Counted from the first letter of the stretch, positions 1 through 11,248 are shown. The stretch is DNA of 64,000 nucleotides from Bdellovibrionales bacterium (GCA_041391465.1 JAWKNX010000006.1:32789-96788), one strand, 5' to 3'. The notes: a model not told the origin generated them from the letters alone. Numbers and translations are program-made.

Positions 1-626
1 AATTTATCCCCACTAATACAGGTTAACATTTGCCCAGGCGTGTGCCCCTCCGAGTAGATAAACTGGATTTCATTGGGAAGCTCAGGATGAGTGGAGGCCC
101 CTTTTTCAACAACAATGAGCCGACCACTTTTTTCGAGCTTTTCCCACAATCCAGGTATGAAGCTGGCGCGATCTCGCGAGTGGGGCTCACGACTCCTTGC
201 AAAGGCTTCTGCCCCGACAACATACTTAGCCTTTGAAAAATTAAGTTCGGTATCTCCGGCTTCAATTTCGGCATAGGTTTTCAAAAGGCCCCCGGCATGA
301 TCAAAATGCAAATGCGACAGAATCACGAAGTCAATACTATCAGGATCAACACCTATTGCTCGCAAATTTTCTAACAGCATATGCTGCTCTTTATTTTTCA
401 CGCCAAAACGATCAGCCATTTTAGGTTCAAAAAAGGCACCAATACCCGTTTCACAAAGCACCTTTACGCCGTCAATTTCTGCATACAGCGCTCTGCATGC
501 CAGTGGAATACGATCGCGATCATCTGCCGGTACCCATTTTTCCCACACAGCCCGTGGAGCATTTCCAAACATACTCCCCCCATCGAGCAATTGTCCGTTT
601 CCATTCACTGACCAAACTTTTACCAT
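1..626 (-). CDS. MBL-fold metallo-hydrolase (C-terminus runs off the window start)
   Basis: My own translation of the minus strand from the ATG (rc) at 624-626 gives MVKVWSVNGNGQLLDGGSMFGNAPRAVWEKW...ILSHLHFDHAGGLL, which carries the HxHxDH metallo-beta-lactamase motif. The frame stays open to position 1. It is absent from the ORF track because it has no stop inside the window. Confidence 0.8.
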   Translation of the reverse strand, partial: MVKVWSVNGNGQLLDGGSMFGNAPRAVWEKWVPADDRDRIPLACRALYAEIDGVKVLCETGIGAFFEPKMADRFGVKNKEQHMLLENLRAIGVDPDSIDFVILSHLHFDHAGGLLKTYAEIEAGDTELNFSKAKYVVGAEAFARSREPHSRDRASFIPGLWEKLEKSGRLIVVEKGASTHPELPNEIQFIYSEGHTPGQMLTCISGDK

Positions 627-691
627 TTTCTGTGTCTCCTTAGCTGTATCGTAGACTGCAATAAATAAAACGTATGATCAAGGGGGCATTT

Positions 692-3600
692 TTATGCTTT
701 CTGATGACTCGGATCTAACACCTTAAACAATGATACAAGAGCTGGGAGAGCCAAAAGAGTCAGCGCTGATGCCACAAATAACCCCCAACCTAATACGAGA
801 GCGATTGGCTGAACGAAAGTATCGATCCCTCCAACTCCATAAATTGTAGGTAATAACCCCAGCAGCGTCGAAAGAGTCGTCATAACGATTGGTCTAAAAC
901 GGGTGTGACCGGCATCGATGATCGCATCATGAAATGACATCCCACCATTTAAGTCTGTTCCGTACAAACTTTAAATAGATGATCGACACATTCACCACAA
1001 CCCCACTCAAGCCCACTGATACCAATGATCCCCATTAAAGGAGTGACTTCCCATGAAGAACTAAAGACCAAATCACTCCACTCAATCCTGCGGAATCGCC
1101 GTGAGCGCCAAGGAACGGATACAGCAAATCGATTAAACGTCAGGCTAATTACCATAAAAATCAAAATGATAAGCATTCGTACAGTCGCATTGTATCTTTC
1201 AAAGATCGATTCGATCACGCTCGCCCCCACCTGTTACAATTTTTAAAGTGGATGTTCTTTTAAGCTTATCAATATAAGGGGTAATAGCGGCATTGGCTTC
1301 CTTACCGGTAATAATGTCTTCATTGACTTCACCGAACAGCGCAATGGTTCGCAATCCATTGAGCCGTTGATTGATTTAAGCGGCCTCTCTCTTCTTTCAC
1401 TTTCACATAACTAGAAAGTGGTACCGACTGGCCATTAGCGTTTCTGACTTTTAAAAACTTAAAAATATCATCAACGACACTGTTTTCGTCCACCACCGTA
1501 GAGAGTAGGATTTCAACTTTTCATTATTTTTTAATATCTCACTGCTCACTCGTCCCGAGGTGGCCGTAAAATGGTTTCCCGAAATAGCCGAGGGTCCACA
1601 CCCTCGGAAACCGCGTATTCGTTATCAATGATCAAACGGTATTTTATACTATCCCCATCCAAATCGGTTTCTAATGAGTTAACACCCTTGATTTTTGCAA
1701 GCTCTTCTTTGATTTGATCGACGATCTTTGCGCCAAACTCAAATTCCCTAGCTGTCACCTGCAGCTGATGGCTGGACAATTGGTGGGCCTGGTCGGTCCA
1801 AAGTTACTGATGTTTTTGCGCCTGTTTCAGCAGCCCCTTCTCGTACAGCTTTTCTAATTGCATCCACGATACGTTTTTCTTTGTCGTAAAAATCCTCGGG
1901 TCCGTCGTGAAAGTCACGTTGATCATTTGCCAAATGGGATCCACTCTGGCGACTTCCTGAAAAACCACCTGTCGTCACTGTTCCCAAATCCGAAACCACA
2001 TTGTCAAAAGTATCCTCTGAAACCTCGACCAGTTTATGGCTCATAACTTTAACAACTTCTCGGGTTTTATCTAGCGGCGAGTTTTTTGGAAGCTCCACGC
2101 GCACACCAGCCCATTGAGACCTTCTGCCGGGAATAGGCTAAAACGATCAAAGATCAATTTACCTGAAAAAACCGAAAAGATTAAAAAAACTGTTACAGCT
2201 CCAAGAACGTACTTTCTATGAACCAAACTCCATTCTAGAAATTTTGATATATTTTTGTTCTATTTTATGAAAAAAGTGCGTCTTTGGATTTGTTTGCTTG
2301 CGCATAATTTCTTCTGCATGAATCGGCAAATTGTCAGTGCCTCCACCAACGAAACCACCAACATACACACAACAGTACGGGTATAACGCTAAAAACTGCC
2401 CCATTATTCCCTTCATAAACACGATGGGCAAAAAAGCAAAACAGTCATAACAGCAGCGATGACCGGCAAAGCAATTTCCGATGTCCCTTTAATTGCTGCT
2501 TCCCGCGATAAGCCCTTTTCAATATAAGAGTAGATATTTTCACAAACTACAATGGCGTCGTCCATCAACATCCCCAGCACAATAATAACACCGACCACTA
2601 CCAGTGAGTTCATTGTGTTACCTAGAGGTAAACAAGGGTAATTCCGCCTAAAATTGCTATTGGTATACCCACTGCAGTGACGAGAGAGGATCTCCCAGTC
2701 CAGAAATAAAAGCAGAACGCCAAAACTAAAATCAACCCACCAACGGCATTGTTGGTTACAATTCTGAGTTTATTTCTAATGTTAATTGACTGATTTTTGT
2801 ATAATTTCAGTTTCAAATTCTCAGGTAAACTTTCTGCGTAACCATCGATCGAATCCTTGAGATTATCGACCACATCAATGGCATCGTGAAACGGTTTTTT
2901 AACAACCGTAAAAAGTACGGCATCTTGTTCGCCGTAAATCTTGCCTGTCTGCAATGATTCTAAATCATATTTAATTTCAGAAATATCTGCCAATCGAACT
3001 TTATTACCCGAATCATTACTGCGGACGACAAATTGGCCCAATTCGTCCAGTTCATTTAAATCTTCACCAATTGTTAAATTGGCCACTTTTTCACTGTTTT
3101 CGAATAAGCCGCCGGGCTTTTGTTTGGCCCAACCTGTGACCTTATTGGCGATTTCATCTAATGTTATGTCGAACCGGTCCAATTTTTTTGGGTCGGTTTT
3201 TATTTTTAATTGCAAGTCTGAAATCCCAGTGTACTCAACACTTTGGACGCCGTCTTGCAGCTTTAAAAAGTCTCTTAATTTTTCTGTTTCCAACTTAAAA
3301 TCAAAGGCACTCACGTCCCCATATAGAGCCAAATTCAACACCGGGATATTACTGGCTTTGGCCTCTACAACTGTGGGATCTTCCACTTCGGCGGGTAAAT
3401 CCTTAACCTCTGCGATCTTACGGCGGACTTCATCAATGATTTCCTGAGGGTTCGGGTAAGTATCATCAATTTTCACTGAAATGGAGCCAGCACCTACATA
3501 GGAAACTGATCGAAACTCTTCCACACCGTCCACTTCAGAAATCTTCTCCTCAATGGGGTCAATAACCAGCTCTTCGATGTCCGCTGGCGATGCTCCGGGA

Positions 3601-3752
3601 TAAACTGCCGTGATGGCCACTCGGTTAAAATTTACGTTGGGTCGCGCTTCCCGTTGAATCACGGCAAAGGTCATTGCACCGGCAATAACAATGACAATAC
3701 TCAAATAGTGCATCGACAGTTTTTGATTATGTATACCTTTAAAAAAATTCAT
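692..3752 (-). pseudogene. RND efflux permease (AcrB/CzcA-type), reading frame broken several times
   Basis: Collinear minus-strand fragments (2622-3752, 2413-2613, 1748-2104, 1546-1779, 949-1230, 692-967) read as consecutive parts of one RND permease. They cover the N-terminal TM helix plus large periplasmic loop (VAITAVYPGASPADIEELVIDPIEEKI), internal TM segments (VVGVIIVLGMLMDDAIVV) and the C-terminal TM bundle (TTLSTLLGLLPTIYGVGG). Confidence 0.85.
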
Positions 3753-3764
3753 ATGACCCTCGAC

Positions 3765-5294
3765 CTACAAGTATTCGTCAAAGTACTGATAGTAGTCGAG
3801 ATATTCGACCACCCGAATTAAGAATTGAATTCTATGACCAGATAAAGTTCTCTGCGACTGCAATAAACTCTTGCTCAGCTCTGTGAGTGAGTAAAAATCA
3901 AGTCGACCATTATTAAAGTCACGCCGACCTTCGGCGACTATTTTTTCCGACAAGTTCACGTTGTCGACATACTTTTGGTATATTTTAATGTCGTTTTCGA
4001 TTGTCTTTTTTAATGTGGAGTAACGCAGTTGAATTTGTTGCTCTGTCAAATCTTTAGTTTTCTCCAACGCCTGTAGTTTGTATTTATTGGCTAGAGCATT
4101 TCCCTCAGCATCTCGGTCTTTGAGTGGAAAGTCCAACCGAACAGACATATACACGAACGGGTATTCCTGGTCAGAGATTTGCTCTTGTCCTTCCGAGAGC
4201 GTATCGCCCACTCCAGTAAAACCTGTGCTCAATCCCAATTTTAGATTGGTTTTCGCCTTGGCCTCTAATTCAGACTGCTTTTCTTTCAATGCCTCCAGCT
4301 CTGTCTGCACCAACAGCATCTCGTCCTTGTTGCTCAGAGAAACATCTCCAGAACGCGTTTGAAGGCGAAGGTAGCTTTCTTGGAGGTTGCTGAATATTCG
4401 ACCTGGATCGACTCCTGAGTATTTGCTCAATTTTATACCGTAGGTCGACTCGATCGATTCCGATTGTTCGATCAACTTCTTTTTAACGGCTTCAATATTG
4501 GCCTCGCAAACATTTAGCTCTTTAACACTTAATAGATACTCTCGCTGAGAAATGGATTGTCTGCGTCGTTTCTGAGACAACTTTCTTGCCTGGCCTGAGG
4601 TTTTGCTACATTGGTCTTCTAGCAGTGTCTTCTCTTCAATAGATTCCAAATAATTGGCCAAATCGAGGAGTGCTTGCACAACGATGGCTTTTCGCTCAAT
4701 TTTGGTATTAATTTTCAACGCTTTCTCTTCAAGCTCAACATTGTTGAGAAGGTGTTGATACCTTTGAGAGAATATATCTTGAAAAAGGCTCGTCTCGAAA
4801 TCCAACTGTATTGACGGCTGCATGTAATTCACATCTGGGTTGCTGCTGTATTGACGAAAGGTATCTGTCATCGAGTAGGATAGCTCGGTATTTAATCCAA
4901 ATGACCATTGCTTAGCCACCCCGAGCGAATAGGTTGAGATTTCACTATTAATGCTAGAAAATGGAGACGTGGGTGGTAACTCGTCGTTATTTGTAGAGCC
5001 AGAAAAGTACCCCGTCGGTTTCAAAACATTGAGCGATATCTGTTTGCTAATGAGCGATGACTGACTACTGTCGTTAACGATTTTAATTTTAAGTGAGTTT
5101 TCACGGACGTCTGTGAGAAAGTTTCCAATGATACTCTCATCTGCGGCCGGAGAACTCAGAGAAAGTAAAAATCCAGTTAAAAATAAAATAAGTTGAATAT
5201 TTATATCGCGCCCATTTTGAAACATAAAAAATATCCGTTCGCAAATCTTAAACTGGTATACCTTTGCTTCATTCACCGGTCGATGAATGAGCAA
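3765..5294 (-). CDS. TolC-like outer-membrane efflux factor
   Basis: This 509-aa ORF ends 13 bp upstream of the RND gene on the same strand. It has long heptad-like helical stretches and beta-strand segments typical of outer-membrane factors. The internal Met at 5225 (MFQNGRDINIQLILFLTGFLLSLSSPAA) gives a plausible signal peptide and is the likelier start. Confidence 0.6.
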   Translation of the reverse strand: MLIHRPVNEAKVYQFKICERIFFMFQNGRDINIQLILFLTGFLLSLSSPAADESIIGNFLTDVRENSLKIKIVNDSSQSSLISKQISLNVLKPTGYFSGSTNNDELPPTSPFSSINSEISTYSLGVAKQWSFGLNTELSYSMTDTFRQYSSNPDVNYMQPSIQLDFETSLFQDIFSQRYQHLLNNVELEEKALKINTKIERKAIVVQALLDLANYLESIEEKTLLEDQCSKTSGQARKLSQKRRRQSISQREYLLSVKELNVCEANIEAVKKKLIEQSESIESTYGIKLSKYSGVDPGRIFSNLQESYLRLQTRSGDVSLSNKDEMLLVQTELEALKEKQSELEAKAKTNLKLGLSTGFTGVGDTLSEGQEQISDQEYPFVYMSVRLDFPLKDRDAEGNALANKYKLQALEKTKDLTEQQIQLRYSTLKKTIENDIKIYQKYVDNVNLSEKIVAEGRRDFNNGRLDFYSLTELSKSLLQSQRTLSGHRIQFLIRVVEYLDYYQYFDEYL

Positions 5295-5489
5295 TTATAA
5301 TAGCCAGTTGAAAGATCTAATTACCAGGCCATTAACGTCCTGCACAAGAGTTTTATTTCAGAGCAAGTATAAATTGCTTTTGCCTTTTAACTCCCTCCAA
5401 TTTTCGATAAACTTTCAGGTACAAAGAGGTGGTCTATTTCTTACAAATCTAAAAATAAAAAGCCCATTAAAAACCTTCCTACGCTAGAT

Positions 5490-5717
5490 TTGCACGGAGT
5501 TCGAGTTGAGGATGTCTTTGATAAAGTAGATGCCTTTGTCCACAAGCATGTTCAAAATGGCACCGCACGGGTGAAAATAATGCCTGGTAAAGGAACCGGA
5601 GCAGTAAAAGCCGAATTATTGAAATATTTAAAACTGGGAGGATACCCCAGCCAACCAGAAACCCTTCCGAGTGGTAAAAAAAACCCCGGGTCATTGATTG
5701 TGTTTTTAAACGATTAG
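5490..5717 (+). CDS. Smr (small MutS-related) domain protein
   Basis: The 75-aa ORF has a TTG start, and the context LDLHGVRVEDV...MPGKGTGAVKAELLKYL matches the Smr LDLHG / hGkG pattern. The true start may be further upstream, because the frame is open there. Confidence 0.65.
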   Translation: MHGVRVEDVFDKVDAFVHKHVQNGTARVKIMPGKGTGAVKAELLKYLKLGGYPSQPETLPSGKKNPGSLIVFLND

Positions 5718-5726
5718 GAGTCAAAA

Positions 5727-6263
5727 ATGAAGGATGACAGTCTCACCAAACTATTGTGGATTGATATGGAAATGACTGGCCTTGATGTAGAGATTGAAGT
5801 CCCAATTGAGGTCGCCGCCGTGGTCACTGATATGCAGCTCAACCAACTCGGCACCCCCTATCATGCAGTGATTCGCCAACCCGATGATTTTATCGAAAAC
5901 ATGGATGACTGGAATAAAACACATCACTCCCAATCCGGATTATTAGATCGTATTCCAAAAGGCAAGCAACCCGATTTGGTTGAGAAAGAGCTTTGCCAGT
6001 TTATCGATGACCATTTCGATGGGCAAAAAGCTATTCTCTGTGGAAACAGTATTTTTCAAGATAGAAAGTTCATCGATAAGTACATGCCCAAGGTGTCCGA
6101 TCGCCTTCACTATCGCCTATTAGATGTCACTAGTTGGAAAATCATCATGGAAAACTGTTTCGATGTTAGTCATGACAAAAAAGATGCACACAGAGCAACA
6201 GATGATATTTTTGAAAGTATCGAAGAGCTAAAAACTTACTTAAAACACGTCCAAAAGATTTAG
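5727..6263 (+). CDS. orn: oligoribonuclease
   Basis: The 178-aa product contains LLWIDMEMTGLDVE (DEDDh exonuclease motif I), ILCGNSIFQDRKF and HRATDDI (motif III His/Asp). The length and order are typical of Orn. Confidence 0.9.
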   Translation: MKDDSLTKLLWIDMEMTGLDVEIEVPIEVAAVVTDMQLNQLGTPYHAVIRQPDDFIENMDDWNKTHHSQSGLLDRIPKGKQPDLVEKELCQFIDDHFDGQKAILCGNSIFQDRKFIDKYMPKVSDRLHYRLLDVTSWKIIMENCFDVSHDKKDAHRATDDIFESIEELKTYLKHVQKI

Positions 6264-6269
6264 GTCGGT

Positions 6270-6788
6270 TTAACCCCGAATTTCATTGGTCAATGCTTTA
6301 TGTAGCAACATGAGGTCGGTATTCATTTTTCTCAAACGAGCGATCATCAGCTTAAAGATGCTTCTATATATTTCAATACCCCATTTTGGGTGTTCATCAC
6401 AAAATTTTTCGAATTCAATTCGCGATAGAATTAAAAAAGAGCAGTCGGTTTTACATCGGACTGTTGCTGAACGGGCCGAAGCTTCAATGAGCCCACCTTC
6501 ACCTATAGCCGGCTTGTTGGCTCCAGATAGTATGATTACATTATAAACGTCGCCCTCGGGGTTAGATTTTTGTACGAAAACTTCACCTTGCTGTAAAATG
6601 TAAAGATTTTCGGCCTTTTGCCCCTCTTCAAAGATGGCCTCTCCTTTTTTGTAATTCCTAATTATCATATGGGTTGAAATTTCACCGACAAAGTTTTTAT
6701 GGTCAGAGATCTGTTTAAAAAGCTCCACAGCTTCTAAAAAATCTGAAATCTCACGACATTCATCAACCACCTTAAGCTGCGTTGACAC
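6270..6788 (-). CDS. stand-alone cyclic-nucleotide-binding (CAP_ED) domain protein
   Basis: The 172-aa product shows the beta-roll/phosphate-binding-cassette pattern IFEEGQKAENLYILQQGEV...GEGGLIEASARSATVRC. Its start overlaps the stop of the upstream K+ channel gene by 17 nt. Confidence 0.75.
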   Translation of the reverse strand: MSTQLKVVDECREISDFLEAVELFKQISDHKNFVGEISTHMIIRNYKKGEAIFEEGQKAENLYILQQGEVFVQKSNPEGDVYNVIILSGANKPAIGEGGLIEASARSATVRCKTDCSFLILSRIEFEKFCDEHPKWGIEIYRSIFKLMIARLRKMNTDLMLLHKALTNEIRG

Positions 6789-8004
6789 TGTAATTCTCCT
6801 TTTCGCCGCGATTTTCGATAATTATCGCCAAACTTCCTTCACAGATTTCGTAGTCTGGTGGCGGCGAAAAATTCGGGTGATTGAATTTTAAGTTTTTTAC
6901 TGATTGCAAGTTGGCGACCAATTGCTCGATATTTGGTGTCCGCTGTGCTTTTTTAAGGGCTTGGTTTTTCACCGAATGGGTGTTTCCAGAGTTTTCCAGA
7001 ATCCCAAGTGGAGCAAATCGTGGGTTTTCATCTCGCATGAATTTTACATACTCCCCGTAGGTTTTTCCTACAAAAGATTTTGGAATCTCAAGTGTCGTTA
7101 AAAAGTGAAAACCCTCTGGATCTAGCAGTTGGTGAATAATGTTGGGAATACCTGTCCCCTGGGCTGATTTTGCCATCAACATTCTCGAATATAGCCTCGA
7201 ATAGACAATTTCATTCACATTCGCAAGACGTAAATATTGATCCATATCCTGATCAATGATTTCAGCAACGACTGTCACCGACTTCGCCATCTCTTTTAAA
7301 GTCATGGCACACATAATTGTTCTTGCGTCCGCTTCGATGGCGGTAAATGGCTTCCCGTCAACGGAGGGGGTGCTATCTGCGAGGATCAATATCTTGCTCG
7401 CACGATGCGGGACGGCTCTTTCGAGAATTGGCTTTTGAAAAAAGTCACCTTTGACAACTTTAATTTCCGCAAGCAGTGGATCGGCATGAATGGTCTCAAG
7501 GTATTCTGTTGGAGCATTGTTAACCAAAACAATATTTGCTGCTTCCATTTCTGGATTGGCTTCGAGAACTTGTAATAAGAACTCCTCCATATTTTGCTTC
7601 CATCCACATATCACCAAGTGATCATGAATTAGTGTTGGATCCACGACACCCCTCCTATCATTAAGTTCACGTGCTAAAAAAAACGAAGAAATTCGGGCTG
7701 TTAAAATACCCACAGCGGTCACGCCGCAAAACATCAGCATGAGGGCAAACATACGACCCTCAGGTGTCACCGGATATCGATCGCCATACCCAACTGTCAA
7801 TAAAGTAACGATGCCCCACCAAATTGCATCCCAATAGCCGTCAATGTTAGATCCGACGACGCCATCTTCAGCCCAATACACCATGGTGGAAATCGCCACG
7901 CAGGCAAACGAAATGAACACCATCACCGATAAAAATACGTGATGTAAAATCTTATCCCAAAGCCAGTGCGTCCATTTTTTAAATCGCCTTCTCAAAATGC
8001 TCAC
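6772..8004 (-). CDS. potassium channel with RCK/TrkA-N domain
   Basis: The 410-aa product has two N-terminal TM helices flanking the K+ selectivity filter TVGYGD. A Rossmann-like RCK segment follows (HLVICGWKQNMEEFLLQVL...ILILAD). Confidence 0.85.
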   Translation of the reverse strand: MSILRRRFKKWTHWLWDKILHHVFLSVMVFISFACVAISTMVYWAEDGVVGSNIDGYWDAIWWGIVTLLTVGYGDRYPVTPEGRMFALMLMFCGVTAVGILTARISSFFLARELNDRRGVVDPTLIHDHLVICGWKQNMEEFLLQVLEANPEMEAANIVLVNNAPTEYLETIHADPLLAEIKVVKGDFFQKPILERAVPHRASKILILADSTPSVDGKPFTAIEADARTIMCAMTLKEMAKSVTVVAEIIDQDMDQYLRLANVNEIVYSRLYSRMLMAKSAQGTGIPNIIHQLLDPEGFHFLTTLEIPKSFVGKTYGEYVKFMRDENPRFAPLGILENSGNTHSVKNQALKKAQRTPNIEQLVANLQSVKNLKFNHPNFSPPPDYEICEGSLAIIIENRGEKENYSVNAA

Positions 8005-8108
8005 AACCTTTCCTACCTTGATTCTTCGGATATATAAGTGGAAAAAGTTATCACCTTTCGTCGAGAAAACGCTCTTAACTTATGAGAATAAATATGGTTT
8101 TTATCACA

Positions 8109-8835
8109 TCAGGACTGAAGTTGTGTGTTAAGCAGGTCCGAATAGATAGATTTTAGTAATCCCTTGGCATCATTATTTACAATGTTGCCATGACTTAAAA
8201 CTATCGTCTGGAAGTCCAGGTCTAATATATCATAGAGCGAATCCCTGAACTCCCGTTTATTCCAAATACAGGCTTTAAAAATCCGAGAAACTCCTGGGCC
8301 GCGGTCGACTCCAACCAATCTTGAGATGAGTTTCAACATAAAGTTATATTCGGAAAAATTAAAAACAAATCGGCAACAATAAGGACCTTGTCTTCGCGGT
8401 GAAAGTAGACGACCTCGTGAACTTTTGGCATCCCGAAAATGTAGATATGTTGTATATCATTAGACCATTCAAACAGGCTTTTTTCCTCAATGACCCCATC
8501 AAATTCAATGTCTTTTCGCTTTTATGGAGACTTTCCGTCGCGAGATACTTTGCGTTCGGGAAAAACGATTTAAAGTGTTCGATATGCAAATGGTGAAAAT
8601 TATTCGGCGCAACGACAAAATTAACCTCACCAAGATTTTGAATTTCCTTGGCGTCGTGCGCATCAATTTTTACTGGGGAATGTACAAATAATTTGCCTGA
8701 TCGCAACCGAATAATTGTACAGCGGTTTCCAAAATTGGCCCCCATGAGACTAAAAGATTTTTCGAGGGTCCAAATTGACGGGGATATTTGCTGTAACATG
8801 TTCTTTATTATTTCACGAACTGCCCAATGAGACAC
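8109..8835 (-). pseudogene. DUF4336-like (MBL-related) protein, split in two fragments
   Basis: Fragments 8359-8835 and 8109-8339 are collinear. The sequence ...IIRLRSGKLFVHSPVKIDAHDAKEIQNLGEVNFVVAPNNFHHLH... resembles DUF4336 family members as I remember them. I cannot run a search to confirm this. Confidence 0.45.
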
Positions 8836-10157
8836 CCATCCATTTTCGAATGCTGCGAATCATCAATGCCTGTCAACTTAACCTGAAACTCTTCGCCCAA
8901 CGAATAGGAAGAACTCTCAGGCACAACAATATTCCAATAATCCTTCGATAAACACCGAGTCGTATTCGTACTCTTAGATGCAATTTTCATGGTTTGTTTT
9001 ATGGAGCCAATTTGTTTTTTAGCCTCATCCAAATACCGATTCGAACTCAATTCTCTAAGCCGACGCGACCGGGCCATTATTAAAGAACGATCCCACTTAT
9101 CTGGTAAACGATTAGCATAGGTTCCGGGTCTCTCACTGTAAGGGAAAACATGAATGCGGGTCCATGGGCTTGCATTCAAGCGGGAGTAGGTATCAGTAAA
9201 CTCCTCTTCCGTTTCCCCCGGGAACCCAACTATAACATCCATTCCAACATATGCTCCAGGCACCTTTTGTTGAATCCAATTCAACGCGTATTCTACCTGT
9301 TCGGCCGTGTATTTTCTTTTCATATCTGACAAGACTTTTGTATTCGCCGACTGTATGCTCATGTGAAAATGCGGACACATAGCTTCTTCTTGAAACAACT
9401 CCAGCAAACGATCTGAAAGTTCAATGGGCTCCAAACTACTCACTCGAAATCGTGGCATGCTGGTTCGCACTAGCAATTGCTCTATTAAATCCTCTAAACC
9501 TCTTAAATGATCGTTTCCAAAAAAATCATCTTCGTAGTCCCCAATGTGCACCCCCGTAAGCACAACCTCTCGAACCCCCTCTGAATAAAGGTCGTTCACT
9601 CTTTGGACTAATTCATCGATAGGCACGCTTCGGCTCTTACCCCTAGCAAATGGGATCACACAAAACGTACAAAAACTATTGCATCCATCTTGAATTTTTA
9701 AAAATGAACGCGTGTGATCTAGATCCTGACCTCCACCCGCTTCCAGATCTTCTTTCTTAAAGATATTCGATTTAAATACTCGCTCACTCAATTTTCCATC
9801 GATATATTGTTGAACCAGAGATTCCAATTGCCCCTTATGGCTATTGGCAATGACCAAGTCAGCCTGTGAGTCTAATGCAAACCGGTCTGTATCCACCTGT
9901 GCAGCGCAACCTGTGACGACAACAATTTTGTTTGGGTCGTCTGATTTAATTTTTCTTACCCTACGCAGGGCTTCCTTTGTCGCCTCCTCCGTGACCGCAC
10001 AAGAGTTGATAACGTGGACCCGCGCCTTTTCGCTAGTGAACTGGTGCCCTTCACTGACCATTCTTTTTTGTAATAATCCGGTATCGTAGTGGTTGACCTT
10101 ACAACCATAGGTTTCCACTTGAAATTCAAAGAATGCAGAATCACTCACTGAATCCAA
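8808..10157 (-). CDS. mtaB: tRNA methylthiotransferase, MtaB-like (radical SAM MTTase)
   Basis: The 449-aa product has an N-terminal MTTase domain (VETYGCKVNHYDTG), a radical-SAM cluster motif CNSFCTFC and a C-terminal TRAM-like tail. Confidence 0.8.
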   Translation of the reverse strand: MDSVSDSAFFEFQVETYGCKVNHYDTGLLQKRMVSEGHQFTSEKARVHVINSCAVTEEATKEALRRVRKIKSDDPNKIVVVTGCAAQVDTDRFALDSQADLVIANSHKGQLESLVQQYIDGKLSERVFKSNIFKKEDLEAGGGQDLDHTRSFLKIQDGCNSFCTFCVIPFARGKSRSVPIDELVQRVNDLYSEGVREVVLTGVHIGDYEDDFFGNDHLRGLEDLIEQLLVRTSMPRFRVSSLEPIELSDRLLELFQEEAMCPHFHMSIQSANTKVLSDMKRKYTAEQVEYALNWIQQKVPGAYVGMDVIVGFPGETEEEFTDTYSRLNASPWTRIHVFPYSERPGTYANRLPDKWDRSLIMARSRRLRELSSNRYLDEAKKQIGSIKQTMKIASKSTNTTRCLSKDYWNIVVPESSSYSLGEEFQVKLTGIDDSQHSKMDGCLIGQFVK

Positions 10158-11242
10158 CCTCCGCCGAGCAATTGGCTTTCACGGTAAAAAACTGCTGCTT
10201 GCCCCGGTGTAATAGCTCGTTGCGGGGTTTCAAACTCAATGGTCATTGAATCACTCGTATGCGAAATAATTTTAGCCGCGGCTCCGGCGTGGGCAAATCT
10301 GATTTTTACATTAAATCGATCGGTATCGGAAAACTCATCCAACCAATTCATTTTTTTCAAAGTCAGTGTGCTGCTGTACAGGTACTCTTCTTCTCCTAAC
10401 CAAACATCACCATTCTTGGCATCCACTTTAATAACATAGAGTGGGTTTGTATAACTCACTCCCAACCCTTTTCTTTGACCAAAGGTAAAATTATGAATTC
10501 CTGTATGCGATCCCAAAACTTCCCCACCAGGATATAGTTTCAAAGACCTCTGGAACAATTTTTGAGGCATCCGCATGCTTCTCAATAAAATCAGAATATT
10601 TATTTTTACCAATAAAGCAAATTCCCGTTGAATCTTTCTTTTGCCACGGGCAAACCTTTTGCTATGGCGTACTCTCTCACCTTTTGGTTTTTCCCAATCG
10701 CCGACCGGAAATAATAAATGTTTGGAGGTTCTCTTGTTGCATTGTAAACAAGAAGTAGGTTTGGATCTTTCCAATCATCAGAGCTGGTCACAATTCCCAA
10801 TTGCCCATAGGGGCTTTTTTTAATTTGAGCGTAGTGCCCCGTTGCTAGGTAATCACAATCCAACTCTTTCATTTTTTGAAATAGGTGATCAAACTTTAAA
10901 AAAGTATTGCAATTCACACAAGGGATCGGTGTTCGCCCCTCTAAATAGCCTTCGACAAAATCATCAATAACATGAGTTTTGAATTTTGCTTCGCAGTTCA
11001 TTACGTAGAATGGGATACCGAGAACGTCAGCGACTGACCTCGCATCTTCCACATCAATAGAGGAGCAGCAGGTTCCATTCCCTTGTTGAATGTCACAACT
11101 GTTCGCCGAGTAGTCCCAGACCTGCATCGCAATTCCAATGACTTCATACCCTTGTTTCACTAAACAGTGCCGCGGCTACTGAAGAATCCACGCCACCACT
11201 CATTGCCACTCTGGTGACTCTTGGTTTTTCGGAATCAGACAT
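10145..11242 (-). pseudogene. mnmA: tRNA 2-thiouridine(34) synthase MnmA, frameshifted
   Basis: My translation from the ATG (rc) at 11240-11242 gives MSDSEKPRVTRVAMSGGVDSSVAAAL (PP-loop SGGxDS). It continues in fragment 10606-11160 (KQGYEVIGIAMQVWDY...TPIPCVNCN) and fragment 10145-10774 (...GQAAVFY...LLGGGWI). Confidence 0.85.
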
Positions 11243-11248
11243 GGGGCC

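Noticed and set aside
2941-3447. A 168-aa + strand ORF. Similar antisense ORFs occur at, for example, 4078-4362, 19849-20211, 37278-37721, 41399-41934, 49551-49919 and 51414-51698.
   Set aside because: These lie entirely antisense to confidently identified genes (RND permease, TolC-like, ftsH, CXXCH protein, LolA-like/OMP, P-type ATPase). They have low-complexity or Ser/Leu-rich translations typical of shadow ORFs.
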